A DNA stretch of 51,240 bases from Zetaproteobacteria bacterium (GTDB lineage: Bacteria; Bdellovibrionota_B; Oligoflexia; Oligoflexales; Bog-1112). Location of the stretch: positions 1-51,240 of the forward strand of contig CANFEH010000002.1 in assembly GCA_947445855.1 (NCBI GenBank), written 5' to 3'. The notes beneath the pieces are model-generated. The model was not told the origin of the DNA, made no database searches, and worked only from the letters and a program-made list of their open reading frames with translations. Position 1 is the stretch's first letter. Every line of letters begins with the position of its first letter. Made by a program: the position numbers and the translations under genes. Below, in pieces: positions 1-9,217 of the stretch.

Positions 1-180
1 GTATAACTCAGATGAAGGAAAAGCAGCAAAAACAAGTTGATGAAAAGATAAAATCAAAAAAAGAACAACACTTCTCATGTACATAGAGCTATTCCCAAAA
101 CAAATGGGGTGCGATAGACATCATGAAAGCTTTATCATATGCATATCACTTAGAATAGAAGAGATGGAAATAAAAACACT

Positions 181-825
181 ATGACTGTTGATAATTTAAA
201 AAAACAAAAGAATTTAATAAAACTCTGTTGCGAAAGATGGGAAAAAGAAAACCCTGATCCAAAATGCGAGCTTTTCTACAAAACCCCTTATCAGCTTCTT
301 GTGTCTGTAGTTCTGTCTGCTCAAACTACAGATAAAATGGTGAACCAAGTCATGAAGCCTCTTTATGAAAAAGAATTTACCCCACTCGCTGCATTAGAAC
401 TTGGTATTAATGGAATTTATGAAAAAATTAAATCCATAGGACTCGCACCGACTAAATCAAAAAATATTTTTAAACTTACTGAAATTCTCCTAAGAAATTT
501 TTCCGGAAAAATTCCAAGAACAAGAGAAGATCTAGAAAGCCTTCCTGGAGTTGGAAGAAAAACAGCAAATGTGATCTTAGGTGAAATTTATAAAGAACCA
601 ACTCTTGCTGTAGATACTCACGTCTTGAGAGTTTCAAGACGACTTGGACTACATAAAGAGAGTGACCCAAAAAAAGCTGAAGAAAAACTTCTAAAAATTG
701 TGGATAAATCTCTTCTACCAAAAGCACATCACTGGTTTATTCTTCACGGCCGTTACACTTGCAAAGCAAGAAAACCAAATTGTTCTTCTTGTACTCTTGA
801 GGATATTTGTCCTAAAATTCTTTAA
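181..825 (+). CDS. nth: Endonuclease III (DNA-(apurinic/apyrimidinic site) lyase / glycosylase)
   Basis: 214 aa. Helix-hairpin-helix motif LPGVGRKTANVILG. C-terminal 4Fe-4S Cys ladder CKARKPNCSSCTLEDIC. Length and layout typical of Nth. Confidence 0.95.
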   Translation: MTVDNLKKQKNLIKLCCERWEKENPDPKCELFYKTPYQLLVSVVLSAQTTDKMVNQVMKPLYEKEFTPLAALELGINGIYEKIKSIGLAPTKSKNIFKLTEILLRNFSGKIPRTREDLESLPGVGRKTANVILGEIYKEPTLAVDTHVLRVSRRLGLHKESDPKKAEEKLLKIVDKSLLPKAHHWFILHGRYTCKARKPNCSSCTLEDICPKIL

Positions 826-836
826 TCCATAATAGC

Positions 837-1610
837 TTAAGTTTTAAGTCCAACACCTTTCTCAAGCAGCCTAAAGCAAATGATATAAAGTGTTACAATT
901 AAAAAACTAAGTACCACAAAAGAAATATTAACACTAGTCTCACTCAAATCTAGAATAGAAAAACGAAGACCATTCACTAGATAAAAAATAGGGTTGAAAC
1001 GTGTAAAAAAAGCCCAAGTCTCTGAGATCTGTTGAACAGAGTAAAAAACTCCTCCTAGATAACTAAGTGGAGTTAAAATAAATGTTGGAACAATAGATAT
1101 ATCATCAAATTTTCGAGCAAAAATAGCATTAATCAAACCAGCTAAAGAAAAAAGAGCAGATGTAACAAAAAGAAAAAAGAAAAAAGTCATGGGATGCAAA
1201 ATATTTATATCAATAAAAATCTTAGCTGTAGAAAAAATTAAAACTCCAACAATAACTCCTCGCAAAGATCCTGCTAAAACAAACCCCCAAATAATAGTGT
1301 GATTTGAAGTCGGAGAAATGAGAAGCTCCTCAATACTTCTTTGAAACTTAGAAAAATAAAAAGAAGAGCTCACATTCATATAACTTGCAGAAATAACAGA
1401 CATCATCATGAGACCTGGGGTCATAAACTCCATCAGAGTAAAGCCATTAATATTTTCAATACGATTTCCAATAAAATTCCCAAAAATCAAGAAATACAAA
1501 GACGACGTCATAATAGGAGGAATTAATGTTTGCCCCCATATTCTTAAAAACCTATAACACTCTTTAGAAAAAAGAGTCCAAAAAGCAATAAGTGTTTCTT
1601 TTAGAGTCAT
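837..1610 (-). CDS. ABC-2 type transporter permease
   Basis: 257 aa with multiple hydrophobic helices. Its ATG overlaps the stop of the upstream ATPase gene (ATGA, 4-nt overlap), indicating translational coupling. YadH-like architecture. Confidence 0.8.
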   Translation of the reverse strand: MTLKETLIAFWTLFSKECYRFLRIWGQTLIPPIMTSSLYFLIFGNFIGNRIENINGFTLMEFMTPGLMMMSVISASYMNVSSSFYFSKFQRSIEELLISPTSNHTIIWGFVLAGSLRGVIVGVLIFSTAKIFIDINILHPMTFFFFLFVTSALFSLAGLINAIFARKFDDISIVPTFILTPLSYLGGVFYSVQQISETWAFFTRFNPIFYLVNGLRFSILDLSETSVNISFVVLSFLIVTLYIICFRLLEKGVGLKT

Positions 1611-2542
1611 GACAAATACCCTTCTTTTGTCATATGTAAAAATGCTTGTTCTATTTGATTTTCTTTTTCTCTCATACTTTTCACTTTCAAATCAAGCTGT
1701 CCTAGATCTTTAAACAAATCACTTAAACTAAGATGCTTCAAAAGATTCACCTCAATAGCTTTTTCTTCAAGAAATTTTATCTCATAGGAAAGAGTTTTAA
1801 GTTTTTCTTTTGTGGGATTATTCAAGACTTCTTCTAAACTTAAAATATAACTTTGCCCAGGAAGTTGATTCACAAGCTCTGCCAAAGATCCTGTTGAGAC
1901 AAGCTTTCCTTTATTGATGATAGCTACATGGTGACAAAGTCTTTCTACTTCTTCTAAGTAGTGAGTGGTAAGAATAATAGTTTTTTTCTCATCCCGATTA
2001 AGACCTTCTAAAAAATTCCAAATCAGCTTACGAAGCTCCACATCAACCCCAGCTGTTGGTTCATCTAGAATCAAAATAGGAGGATTATGAATCAAAGCTC
2101 GCGCTATCATCAACCTTCTTTTCATACCTCCAGAAAGAGTTCTCACCTGATGATTGCGCTCACTCCAAAGCATAAGAAGATTTAAATACTTCTCTGCCCT
2201 CTCATAAGCTACGCTCTTTGCTACTCCATAGTATCCAGCTTGATTAATAAGAACAGCAAGACAACTTTCAAAAACATTGAGATTAAACTCCTGAGGCACA
2301 AGACCTAAACACTTTTTAGCTTTAATAGGGTCCTCATCAAGATCATAGCCTCCAATTTTCACCTGACCAGCAGTCTTCACCACAAGAGAACTAATAATCC
2401 CAATAGTCGTTGATTTTCCTGCACCATTTGGCCCAAGAAAAGCAAAAAAATCTCCTTCTTCCACTTTTAAGCTCACATCTTTTAGAGCATAAGTTTGTGA
2501 CTTGTACTTCTTGCTTACATGAGAAAGTTCGATTGCATACAC
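1607..2542 (-). CDS. ABC transporter ATP-binding protein (ABC-2 / YadG-like)
   Basis: Walker A GPNGAGKST, signature LSGGMKRR, Walker B ILILDEPT. GTG start preceded by AAGAGGG. Confidence 0.9.
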   Translation of the reverse strand: MYAIELSHVSKKYKSQTYALKDVSLKVEEGDFFAFLGPNGAGKSTTIGIISSLVVKTAGQVKIGGYDLDEDPIKAKKCLGLVPQEFNLNVFESCLAVLINQAGYYGVAKSVAYERAEKYLNLLMLWSERNHQVRTLSGGMKRRLMIARALIHNPPILILDEPTAGVDVELRKLIWNFLEGLNRDEKKTIILTTHYLEEVERLCHHVAIINKGKLVSTGSLAELVNQLPGQSYILSLEEVLNNPTKEKLKTLSYEIKFLEEKAIEVNLLKHLSLSDLFKDLGQLDLKVKSMREKENQIEQAFLHMTKEGYLS

Positions 2543-2634
2543 TGCTTAAGCCCTCTTTTAAATCCTAAAAATAGTTATTATTTCAGGTTGTTACTTTTAA
2601 ACCTTTCAAAAAGTCAAACAACCACCCTGAAAGC

Positions 2635-2663
2635 TAGACAAGCAAAGAGAAATTAGGTACAAT
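2635..2663 (+). promoter_or_regulatory. Sigma70-like promoter TAGACA-17 nt-TACAAT
   Basis: TAGACA at 2635-2640, exact 17-nt spacer, TACAAT at 2658-2663. Lies about 335 nt upstream of the next + strand start (3000). Confidence 0.45.
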
Positions 2664-2802
2664 GGGCATCTTATTTGTGCTTAAAAAAAACGCAACTAAG
2701 CAATTTTTCTAAAAAAAATATGAGACCGCACAGTAAGAATTTCATGAGTCCTCTAGCCTCTAGACTTGGTTCTACTCTCGAAAATTCTTGGTCTCAAAAG
2801 AT

Positions 2803-2837
2803 GTTTCTGCACTAGACTTCTCTAAGACTGCAGAAAC
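2803..2837 (+). other. Perfect 9-bp inverted repeat GTTTCTGCA / TGCAGAAAC with a 17-nt loop, inside the long leader
   Basis: Read directly: arms at 2803-2811 and 2829-2837. Function unknown. Confidence 0.4.
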
Positions 2838-2999
2838 TTTAGAAGACTTCCGTATGGTTGAAGTCCATTCATGTTCTAGAAGAAAAAATTTGATTTTTAA
2901 ATTTCTTATTTTAAAAGTTGTACTGTTTGTTATTTCTAAAAAACACACAGCACAGTTACATGAACAGAAAGAAAACTTCCAAAAAGGAACTCTTACTTT

Positions 3000-4121
3000 A
3001 TGTCTTATTCGATTAAAAAAAATCTTCCTATTTTTATTTTAGCTTGTTTTGCAACCCATGCTTTTGCTGGCATGAGATTAGAAGCTAAAAATCCAGAGAA
3101 AAAACCCTCTACAGGCTCTAAATCTTTAGCCCTCGGTGCGACTCTTCCAAAAGGGGTTTTTCGTGCAAATGTGGTCACTTTTTTAAGCGAGTTCGACTCA
3201 CAATTTAATAAAGACGGAAAAAGGGAATTCTTAGGCTCTAAAATAAATATTAACGGAATGGCATTTGCTCTTGAGTATGGTGCGACAGATAAATTAAGCC
3301 TTCAGTTTAAAATGCCAGTCGTTATGTATAATAAGCTTAGCTATGATCCGAAGAGAATAAAAGACTCTGTAGCTTATGACAAAGTTCTAACAGGATTAAA
3401 AAAACAAGGTGTTCCTATTGCTTCAGACACTGAAGCACAAATTACTAAAAATATCACTGACATCTTTCAAAAGCATTCTCATGGAATCACTGGTGTTGGT
3501 GATATCGAAATAGGAGCACTTTATAACTGGGTTTCTACAGATCGTTTTTTATTCTCTACAGGACTTGGTCTTAGAATGCCAACAGGTAAGTACTACACAC
3601 CTATTATGCAAAGACCAATCGGTGGAGGCCTTTGGGTTTTAGGGCTTCAAAATAACTTTGATATTTCTTTCCTTAATCAAAACCTCTGGCTTTCTCTGAG
3701 ACACCAAGGAGAAATAGCTATGAGCAAAGCTAAAGCTCCAAAAGAAAAAGACGGGAACTCTCTTCTTGGAGAACTTGAAGACTCTGATGAAACTTTCTCG
3801 AAAGAAGGCCTTACTCATAAAGTCACTTTACAATCAAGTGGATCATTTGGAGCTCTCTCTCATCACCTACGATTTTTGTCCACATCTCTTGGTTATCAGT
3901 TTGATTCTGTAGCTCCTACTGTGACAAAAGTAGCTACCTACGAAAAAGAAAGATCAAACACCCACTCTGTTATTTGGAATATCAGTGCCAGTGCGCTTCC
4001 TTATAAAATCCCTCTTGCTCTTGATTTTGACCTTAAAAAACCTCTTGGAGGAACAAATGCTGGTGCTAGTCAAACAGCTATGACCACCACTATGAACCTA
4101 AAAGTGTACTTTAAGTTTTAA
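3000..4121 (+). CDS. Putative outer-membrane beta-barrel protein
   Basis: Signal peptide MSYSIKKNLPIFILACFATHAFA. Alternating amphipathic segments. C-terminal ...LKVYFKF ending in Phe, typical of BAM substrates. AAGGAA RBS upstream. Family not assigned. Confidence 0.6.
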   Translation: MSYSIKKNLPIFILACFATHAFAGMRLEAKNPEKKPSTGSKSLALGATLPKGVFRANVVTFLSEFDSQFNKDGKREFLGSKININGMAFALEYGATDKLSLQFKMPVVMYNKLSYDPKRIKDSVAYDKVLTGLKKQGVPIASDTEAQITKNITDIFQKHSHGITGVGDIEIGALYNWVSTDRFLFSTGLGLRMPTGKYYTPIMQRPIGGGLWVLGLQNNFDISFLNQNLWLSLRHQGEIAMSKAKAPKEKDGNSLLGELEDSDETFSKEGLTHKVTLQSSGSFGALSHHLRFLSTSLGYQFDSVAPTVTKVATYEKERSNTHSVIWNISASALPYKIPLALDFDLKKPLGGTNAGASQTAMTTTMNLKVYFKF

Positions 4122-4162
4122 CCATCACGATCTGAAACGTTACTACATAGGATTTTTAGACT

Positions 4163-5779
4163 ATGAAAAAATATATTCTATCATTTTTAATTTTTGCTGG
4201 ACTCTTCTACTCTTGTGGTTATGACAGTCAACAAGAAACACAAACTTACTTAGATAGTCTTAATACAGCTGAAAAAAAACATAAATGGTCAAAATTTGCA
4301 GAGAAAATTGGCTTCAAAAGTGATGATTTGAGCTTACTATCCAATCTAAAACAAGATTTAAACTCACCGTCTTCTTTAGTCGGTGAGTTAGAGAAAAATC
4401 TTATGGTGATCATTGGAAAGTACTGGCAAAATGGGTTACAACCTGATGAACTCATAGCTTCAAAGTTTGCGAAATTTAACGAGCCAGTTAGCTATCCAAT
4501 TGGAGCTGCCGAAGACCAACAACTGTATACCCTTTACATTATGAGCTATGAGGTCAACAAGAAGACTGCGGAAGGAGTTACTGGACAAGTTACAAACTAT
4601 GCTTATCTAAGTGTTCCTAAAGGTAAGATTGAAGGAAACCCTGTTGTTTATTTCCACAAAGATGATAGAGGCCTCTCTGCTGATCTTCTTGAAGAAGAAG
4701 TTGGAACAAAAGTTCTTAGGGAAAGACTTATCATCGCACCTGCAGGATCAGGACAAGCTATTTCAAAAACTTACACACCTCGCAAAGACCCTACAGATAT
4801 TATCGCGAAGTCAACTCACACAGATGCTCTTCCTTGGTCAGATACTGTAGATGATGCGATTAGTCTTTTAAGGGGACTTCGAAAAGAGCCTCCTAAGGGA
4901 CCAGACGATTCAACTAAATTTCCTTTCAACATAGATGATACAAAACTAGCACAGGTATTTGGATATAAATTTGATTTCCTCGGCTTCTCAACAGGAGGAC
5001 TTACAGCTGGCCTTGTTGCTTCTAAAGTAGGTGGTTATATCAACCAAGAAGCCCTTTTAGAAATTCAAAAGCTTGAGGATAATAAAAAAGGAGACGCTCT
5101 AACCAAACACCTCAGCAATAAGTATTCTTTTTTTATCCAAAAACTTATTCTTGTTGCTGTTCCAGGTAGCTTTGTTTCTGGGCCTTTTAGAATGGTACTA
5201 AAAGCTTGTGTCACAGGGGATATCCGCGATCAAAGATTTTCTGTCTCCAAATATGCCGAATACCCAGGTATCCGTCATACTCTTCAGCTTTTTGATAGCT
5301 ATCGTAAAGCAGATATGAATAGTGATGAAGAAAACACTTCTTTAGACAAACTCTATCAAGAAGTTCTCTCTAGAGACTTAGCTTTCCAGATACCTTTTGC
5401 TCTTGGTGCCACTATGAATGGATCGGTAGTTAATTTAAGTGGAGATAACTTTCCACAAGTAGCTCTTCTTCATCATAAAAATGATAAGATGATTCCTTAC
5501 AAATCAGGAACCTTGCCTCTTTTTATAACTGTAGGAAATAACGATCTAAGAAAGTTGCTTGCTATAAAGTATGAAACTCCCTTCTATCTTTATGATTCAA
5601 AAGAGTCTGTGTTTACAAACAATAACTCCGAAAAGCCAAGTATGTCCTTTCATCTAGGAGAAAACTTTTGGAAAAAAGAAACTAGCAAAAATGAAAATGG
5701 AGAAAGCGCACGGGAGATGATTGATCATATTTTAGACCACAATACTAAGCAGACAAAATCTGATTACTCACCCAACTAG
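4163..5779 (+). CDS. Lipoprotein, putative alpha/beta-fold serine hydrolase
   Basis: Lipobox-like GLFYSC after a hydrophobic N-terminus. GxSxG nucleophile elbow GFSTGG. No closer family recognised. Confidence 0.45.
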   Translation: MKKYILSFLIFAGLFYSCGYDSQQETQTYLDSLNTAEKKHKWSKFAEKIGFKSDDLSLLSNLKQDLNSPSSLVGELEKNLMVIIGKYWQNGLQPDELIASKFAKFNEPVSYPIGAAEDQQLYTLYIMSYEVNKKTAEGVTGQVTNYAYLSVPKGKIEGNPVVYFHKDDRGLSADLLEEEVGTKVLRERLIIAPAGSGQAISKTYTPRKDPTDIIAKSTHTDALPWSDTVDDAISLLRGLRKEPPKGPDDSTKFPFNIDDTKLAQVFGYKFDFLGFSTGGLTAGLVASKVGGYINQEALLEIQKLEDNKKGDALTKHLSNKYSFFIQKLILVAVPGSFVSGPFRMVLKACVTGDIRDQRFSVSKYAEYPGIRHTLQLFDSYRKADMNSDEENTSLDKLYQEVLSRDLAFQIPFALGATMNGSVVNLSGDNFPQVALLHHKNDKMIPYKSGTLPLFITVGNNDLRKLLAIKYETPFYLYDSKESVFTNNNSEKPSMSFHLGENFWKKETSKNENGESAREMIDHILDHNTKQTKSDYSPN

Positions 5780-5799
5780 ACTAGAATTGAAATCCAACT

Positions 5800-6393
5800 A
5801 TGCCCCACTGCTCTCACTGTTATTTTTCTGAAAAACTCTGCCTCTGCAGTAAGCCTGAAGCTAAGATTAAGCTTCCCTTCAGGCTTATTTTTGTCATGAA
5901 TAAAAGTGAGTTTTTTAGGCTTTCTAATTCTGCTAGGCTTTTTCTCTTAAAAAGTTATCCCTGTGAAATCCGTGTAAGAGGTCTTAGGCACTCTCCTTTT
6001 TCTTATGAAAATTTTTTTCAAGAAATCAAAGAAGATACAAACTTTCTTCTCTACCCTCATAGAGATGCAAAGCCTACCCATCTAGAAGATGAAACCGCTC
6101 ATGTCAAAGGACCTATCAACCTTATCATTCCCGATGGCAACTGGCCACAGGCTGCTAAAATTGCCTACAAACTAAGACAATCTCCCTTTGTGCAAAATAT
6201 TTCTCTGAAAGAACCACCTAAGAGCTCTTACCGCTTACGGCTCAATCCAAACTCTGAGCGTATAAGCACTTTTGAAGCTTCTTTGTATGCGATCAAAGAC
6301 CTCTTAGAGGAGGAAGACAAAAAAAACCTGGAATTGGTTTTTGAAAACTTTGTCCAAAATGTCTTAAAACTTCGTGGAAAAATCTGCGCCTAA
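5800..6393 (+). CDS. tapT: DTW-domain protein (tRNA-uridine aminocarboxypropyltransferase family)
   Basis: N-terminal CSHCYFSEKLCLC Cys motif. DTW-type motif PDGNWPQAAK. SSYRLR block. All parallel E. coli YfiP/TapT. Confidence 0.75.
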   Translation: MPHCSHCYFSEKLCLCSKPEAKIKLPFRLIFVMNKSEFFRLSNSARLFLLKSYPCEIRVRGLRHSPFSYENFFQEIKEDTNFLLYPHRDAKPTHLEDETAHVKGPINLIIPDGNWPQAAKIAYKLRQSPFVQNISLKEPPKSSYRLRLNPNSERISTFEASLYAIKDLLEEEDKKNLELVFENFVQNVLKLRGKICA

Positions 6394-6473
6394 AAAATAT
6401 AGCCTCTACCCACTGGCCAGTGATAAAATAAAATAGCTCACTGACTAAACACCCTTAAAAGGAACTTTTCACA

Positions 6474-7208
6474 ATGGCTCATCTACTAGACCAAAAAAGC
6501 AGCAACCCTATATTTCAAGACAGTCGTTTTCAAACAAGTTATGCAAAAAGTTCTGACTCTATGACCCTAGAAGGAACTATTAATAAGACAGCCCTTTCTT
6601 TATTGTTTCTTCTTGTTTCAGCTTACTACTCTTGGATAAATCCAAACCCAAGCTATATTTTGGCTGGAGGTGTCCTTGGCCTTATATTAGCGCTTGTGAC
6701 TGTTTTCAAAAAAGAATGGTCACCTGTGACCGTTCCTCTCTACGCACTTTCTGAAGGTCTAGCACTTGGAGCTATTTCTTTCTTTTTTGAAACCCGCTAC
6801 CCTGGGATTGCTGGACAAGCTATTTTTCTCACCTTTGCTGTCCTAGGACTTATGCTGAGCGCTTATCGTCTTGAATGGATCAGAGCCACTCCTAAATTTC
6901 AACGCATGATAATTATTGCCACAGCTTCTATAACTATTCTTTATCTTTTAAACCTTGTGATGGGTTTTTTCGGTTCAGAGCTTAGCTTTATACGCGGATC
7001 TTCTCTTGTTGGAATTCTTTTTAGTTTTTTTGTGGTAGGCATTGCAGCCCTCAATCTGATTCTTGATTTTGATTTTATCGAAAAGGCTTCCAAAAAAAAT
7101 CTTCCTAAATATATGGAATGGTTTGCTGCTTTTGGCCTTCTTGTGACACTAGTTTGGCTCTATATCGAACTTCTCAGACTTCTTTCGAAGCTAAGAGACC
7201 GGAAATAA
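6474..7208 (+). CDS. Bax inhibitor-1-like / YccA-family integral membrane protein
   Basis: 244 aa. N-terminal SSNPIF motif typical of the BaxI_1 family, followed by about 7 hydrophobic helices. Confidence 0.6.
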   Translation: MAHLLDQKSSNPIFQDSRFQTSYAKSSDSMTLEGTINKTALSLLFLLVSAYYSWINPNPSYILAGGVLGLILALVTVFKKEWSPVTVPLYALSEGLALGAISFFFETRYPGIAGQAIFLTFAVLGLMLSAYRLEWIRATPKFQRMIIIATASITILYLLNLVMGFFGSELSFIRGSSLVGILFSFFVVGIAALNLILDFDFIEKASKKNLPKYMEWFAAFGLLVTLVWLYIELLRLLSKLRDRK

Positions 7209-7284
7209 GACTTGTCTTATTCTTTCAAATTTTTTACAGTCAGTGGTCTATGTCGTGTTAATTTTTTTTAAGGTTTCTAGTAAA

Positions 7285-7566
7285 ATGCGTAAAGTTTTTG
7301 TAGGCTCTTTGAGCTGGAGCACCGATGATCAGAGTTTAAGTAATTATTTCTCTAAAGTCGGTCAAATTGAAGAATCCGTTGTGATTAAAGATCGCGAAAC
7401 AGGCAGATCACGCGGTTTTGGTTTTGTCACTTATGCAAAAGAAGAAGATGCTGTTCTGGCAACAGAAAGACTTGATGGCAAAGAACTAGACGGAAGAGAA
7501 ATAAAAGTCAGCCTTGCTCAAGACAGAGACTCTAAACCAAAAAGAACTTTTGGTTCCCGTTACTAA
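7285..7566 (+). CDS. RNA-binding protein with a single RRM domain
   Basis: RNP-2 VFVGSL and RNP-1 RGFGFVTY. I prefer the ATG at 7285 over the GTG at 7243 used in the ORF track, because the extra 14 aa are hydrophobic and not RRM-like. Confidence 0.85.
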   Translation: MRKVFVGSLSWSTDDQSLSNYFSKVGQIEESVVIKDRETGRSRGFGFVTYAKEEDAVLATERLDGKELDGREIKVSLAQDRDSKPKRTFGSRY

Positions 7567-7596
7567 AAAATCTGAACCAAAAAGATTTCTTAAAAG

Positions 7597-7623
7597 CCTT
7601 GGATTTTTTTCCAAGGTTTTTTT
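7597..7623. terminator. Bidirectional intrinsic terminator
   Basis: CCTTGG (7597-7602), 8-nt loop, CCAAGG (7611-7616), then T7. An A-rich tract upstream allows function on both strands. It sits between convergent genes ending at 7566 (+) and 7622 (-). Confidence 0.7.
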
Positions 7624-9109
7624 ATCCCACATTCTTTCCTAGCTCAGATGATTTTAGAAAAGTCTCAAATAAAGAAGCTCCTTTCTCCTCGCTCATATCG
7701 CGACTAAGCTTTTTCATTGTTGTTAAATAAGTTTCATCTGGAGAGTAAAAAAGTAAAAAAATATCTTCCCTCACTTGATTACGCATTAAACAATCCGGGC
7801 TCTCTTCTTCCTCTAAACAAAATTTTTCCGCTTTAAGCTCATTTTTCAGCACAGTTCCAAGAGCTTTCCAGCGACCATACACTGGGTCAAAATCCATCTT
7901 TTCTTGACCTTTTTCAAGAGTGAATGTTTGTGATAAGTGATTTTCTAATTCTTTCTGCCATGATGAGTTTCTTAACTTCATTTGTTCATGAAGAAGAAGC
8001 ATATGAAACCGAGACACCGAAATAAGCTCACTAAACTTCAAGGAGTTATTTAAAACAGCTTCTTTGTTATCTGCTGTCAAAGTCTCGAAAAAAGCATCTT
8101 CTTGTAATTTCATTTTTTGCTGTTCTTGTCTTGTCTCTAAAAGAAAAAAAATATCATTTTCAATTCTCATCAGTTTTAAAATTTCTTCTCTTTTTAATAT
8201 TTTTTCCTCACCTAAAAAAGCTTCTTTTAAAACCTCTCCATCCTCTAAGCTTTTACACTTAAGTAAATAAAGAATTTCTCTCGAATATTTAATAAAAAAA
8301 TCTTCTTGTTTTTCTTTGACAGAAGAATCATCCGAATAGCGATAAACCCTATTCATAAAAGCTGAAAGTTTTTCTATATCAGCTTCCCTTAGAGTATTTG
8401 GATTATCTTCGCACAATTCAAAAAAACGCTCTGCTAAACGAGACAAAAGAGAAAAGTCAATTTCTTCTCCCTCTAAATTCGTGTCGTATATACCATAGGT
8501 TTTTAGAAATTCTGAAAAAATTTGTTCTAATTTATTAGCATAGAATTTTTGTCTTAAAGAATTAAGAAGCTCTTTTGCTCTTAAAGAAGCTCTTATCAGA
8601 ACAGCCTCAAAGTTTTTTTCATCTGTACGCCGTTCTAAAACAAGCTTATAAAAAATTTTATTACATTCTTCTTTTTGTTTTTTTAAATAAATTTGCATTT
8701 CATTTATAATATTTGCGAAAGCTTCCAAATCAAGACTTGAATCAAATTGAAGCTCATCTTTTTCTGATAAAAAAATAGAATTTTCACCTCTTCTATTTAA
8801 ATCTATTTTTTCTAGTAAATATTTCTTTTCTCTCTCTTCCCCCAAAGTACAAAGGGTTACATACAAAAAATCATCGTGAACTAAAACATTTTTAATTAAA
8901 CCAACAAAAGGAAGATAAGAATCTACCTCGTAAAACAAAAGAATAGAAAATGTGATGTTTTTTTTAAAAAATTTTTTTTCAAAAGCAGAAATTTTTTGGT
9001 CGTTACGAGAGATTTCTAAAAAATTTTTTCGCAACCCTTGGGAATAAGAGAGATCAGAATAAATGAATAAAAAAAACAGCAAACCTCTAAGACAATTTTT
9101 TGGAGCCAT
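7622..9109 (-). CDS. Hypothetical secreted protein, E/K/L-rich, no recognised domain
   Basis: Long ORF. ATG at 9109 gives the signal peptide MAPKNCLRGLLFFLFIYSDLSYSQG and is preceded by AGGGG. The ORF-track TTG at 9190 adds 27 aa of doubtful value. Confidence 0.6.
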   Translation of the reverse strand: MAPKNCLRGLLFFLFIYSDLSYSQGLRKNFLEISRNDQKISAFEKKFFKKNITFSILLFYEVDSYLPFVGLIKNVLVHDDFLYVTLCTLGEEREKKYLLEKIDLNRRGENSIFLSEKDELQFDSSLDLEAFANIINEMQIYLKKQKEECNKIFYKLVLERRTDEKNFEAVLIRASLRAKELLNSLRQKFYANKLEQIFSEFLKTYGIYDTNLEGEEIDFSLLSRLAERFFELCEDNPNTLREADIEKLSAFMNRVYRYSDDSSVKEKQEDFFIKYSREILYLLKCKSLEDGEVLKEAFLGEEKILKREEILKLMRIENDIFFLLETRQEQQKMKLQEDAFFETLTADNKEAVLNNSLKFSELISVSRFHMLLLHEQMKLRNSSWQKELENHLSQTFTLEKGQEKMDFDPVYGRWKALGTVLKNELKAEKFCLEEEESPDCLMRNQVREDIFLLFYSPDETYLTTMKKLSRDMSEEKGASLFETFLKSSELGKNVG

Positions 9110-9217
9110 AAGAAAAACCCCTAAAAGAAATATTTTATTTTTAAAAAAAATCCTAGGGGAAGCTCTAGAGGGTTTGGTGGATGAAATCAAGACATCATGA
9201 AAAACACATAAATCCTC

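Noticed and set aside
3-86. Open frame at the left edge (...KEKQQKQVDEKIKSKKEQHFSCT*), possibly the tail of an upstream + strand gene.
   Set aside because: It spans only 27 codons of low-complexity sequence. It cannot be told apart from chance and is not reportable as a feature.
2788-3042. 84-aa TTG-initiated ORF in the long intergenic leader, overlapping the start of the outer-membrane protein gene.
   Set aside because: It has no RBS, uses a TTG start, has a hydrophobic low-complexity tail and overlaps a gene with a good RBS and signal peptide. I treated it as part of a non-coding leader instead.
6394-6473. CACTGGCCAGTG palindrome after the DTW-domain gene, as a possible terminator.
   Set aside because: A 12-bp palindrome with no loop can form only a ~4-bp stem, and no T-tract follows. 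It is not a convincing terminator.
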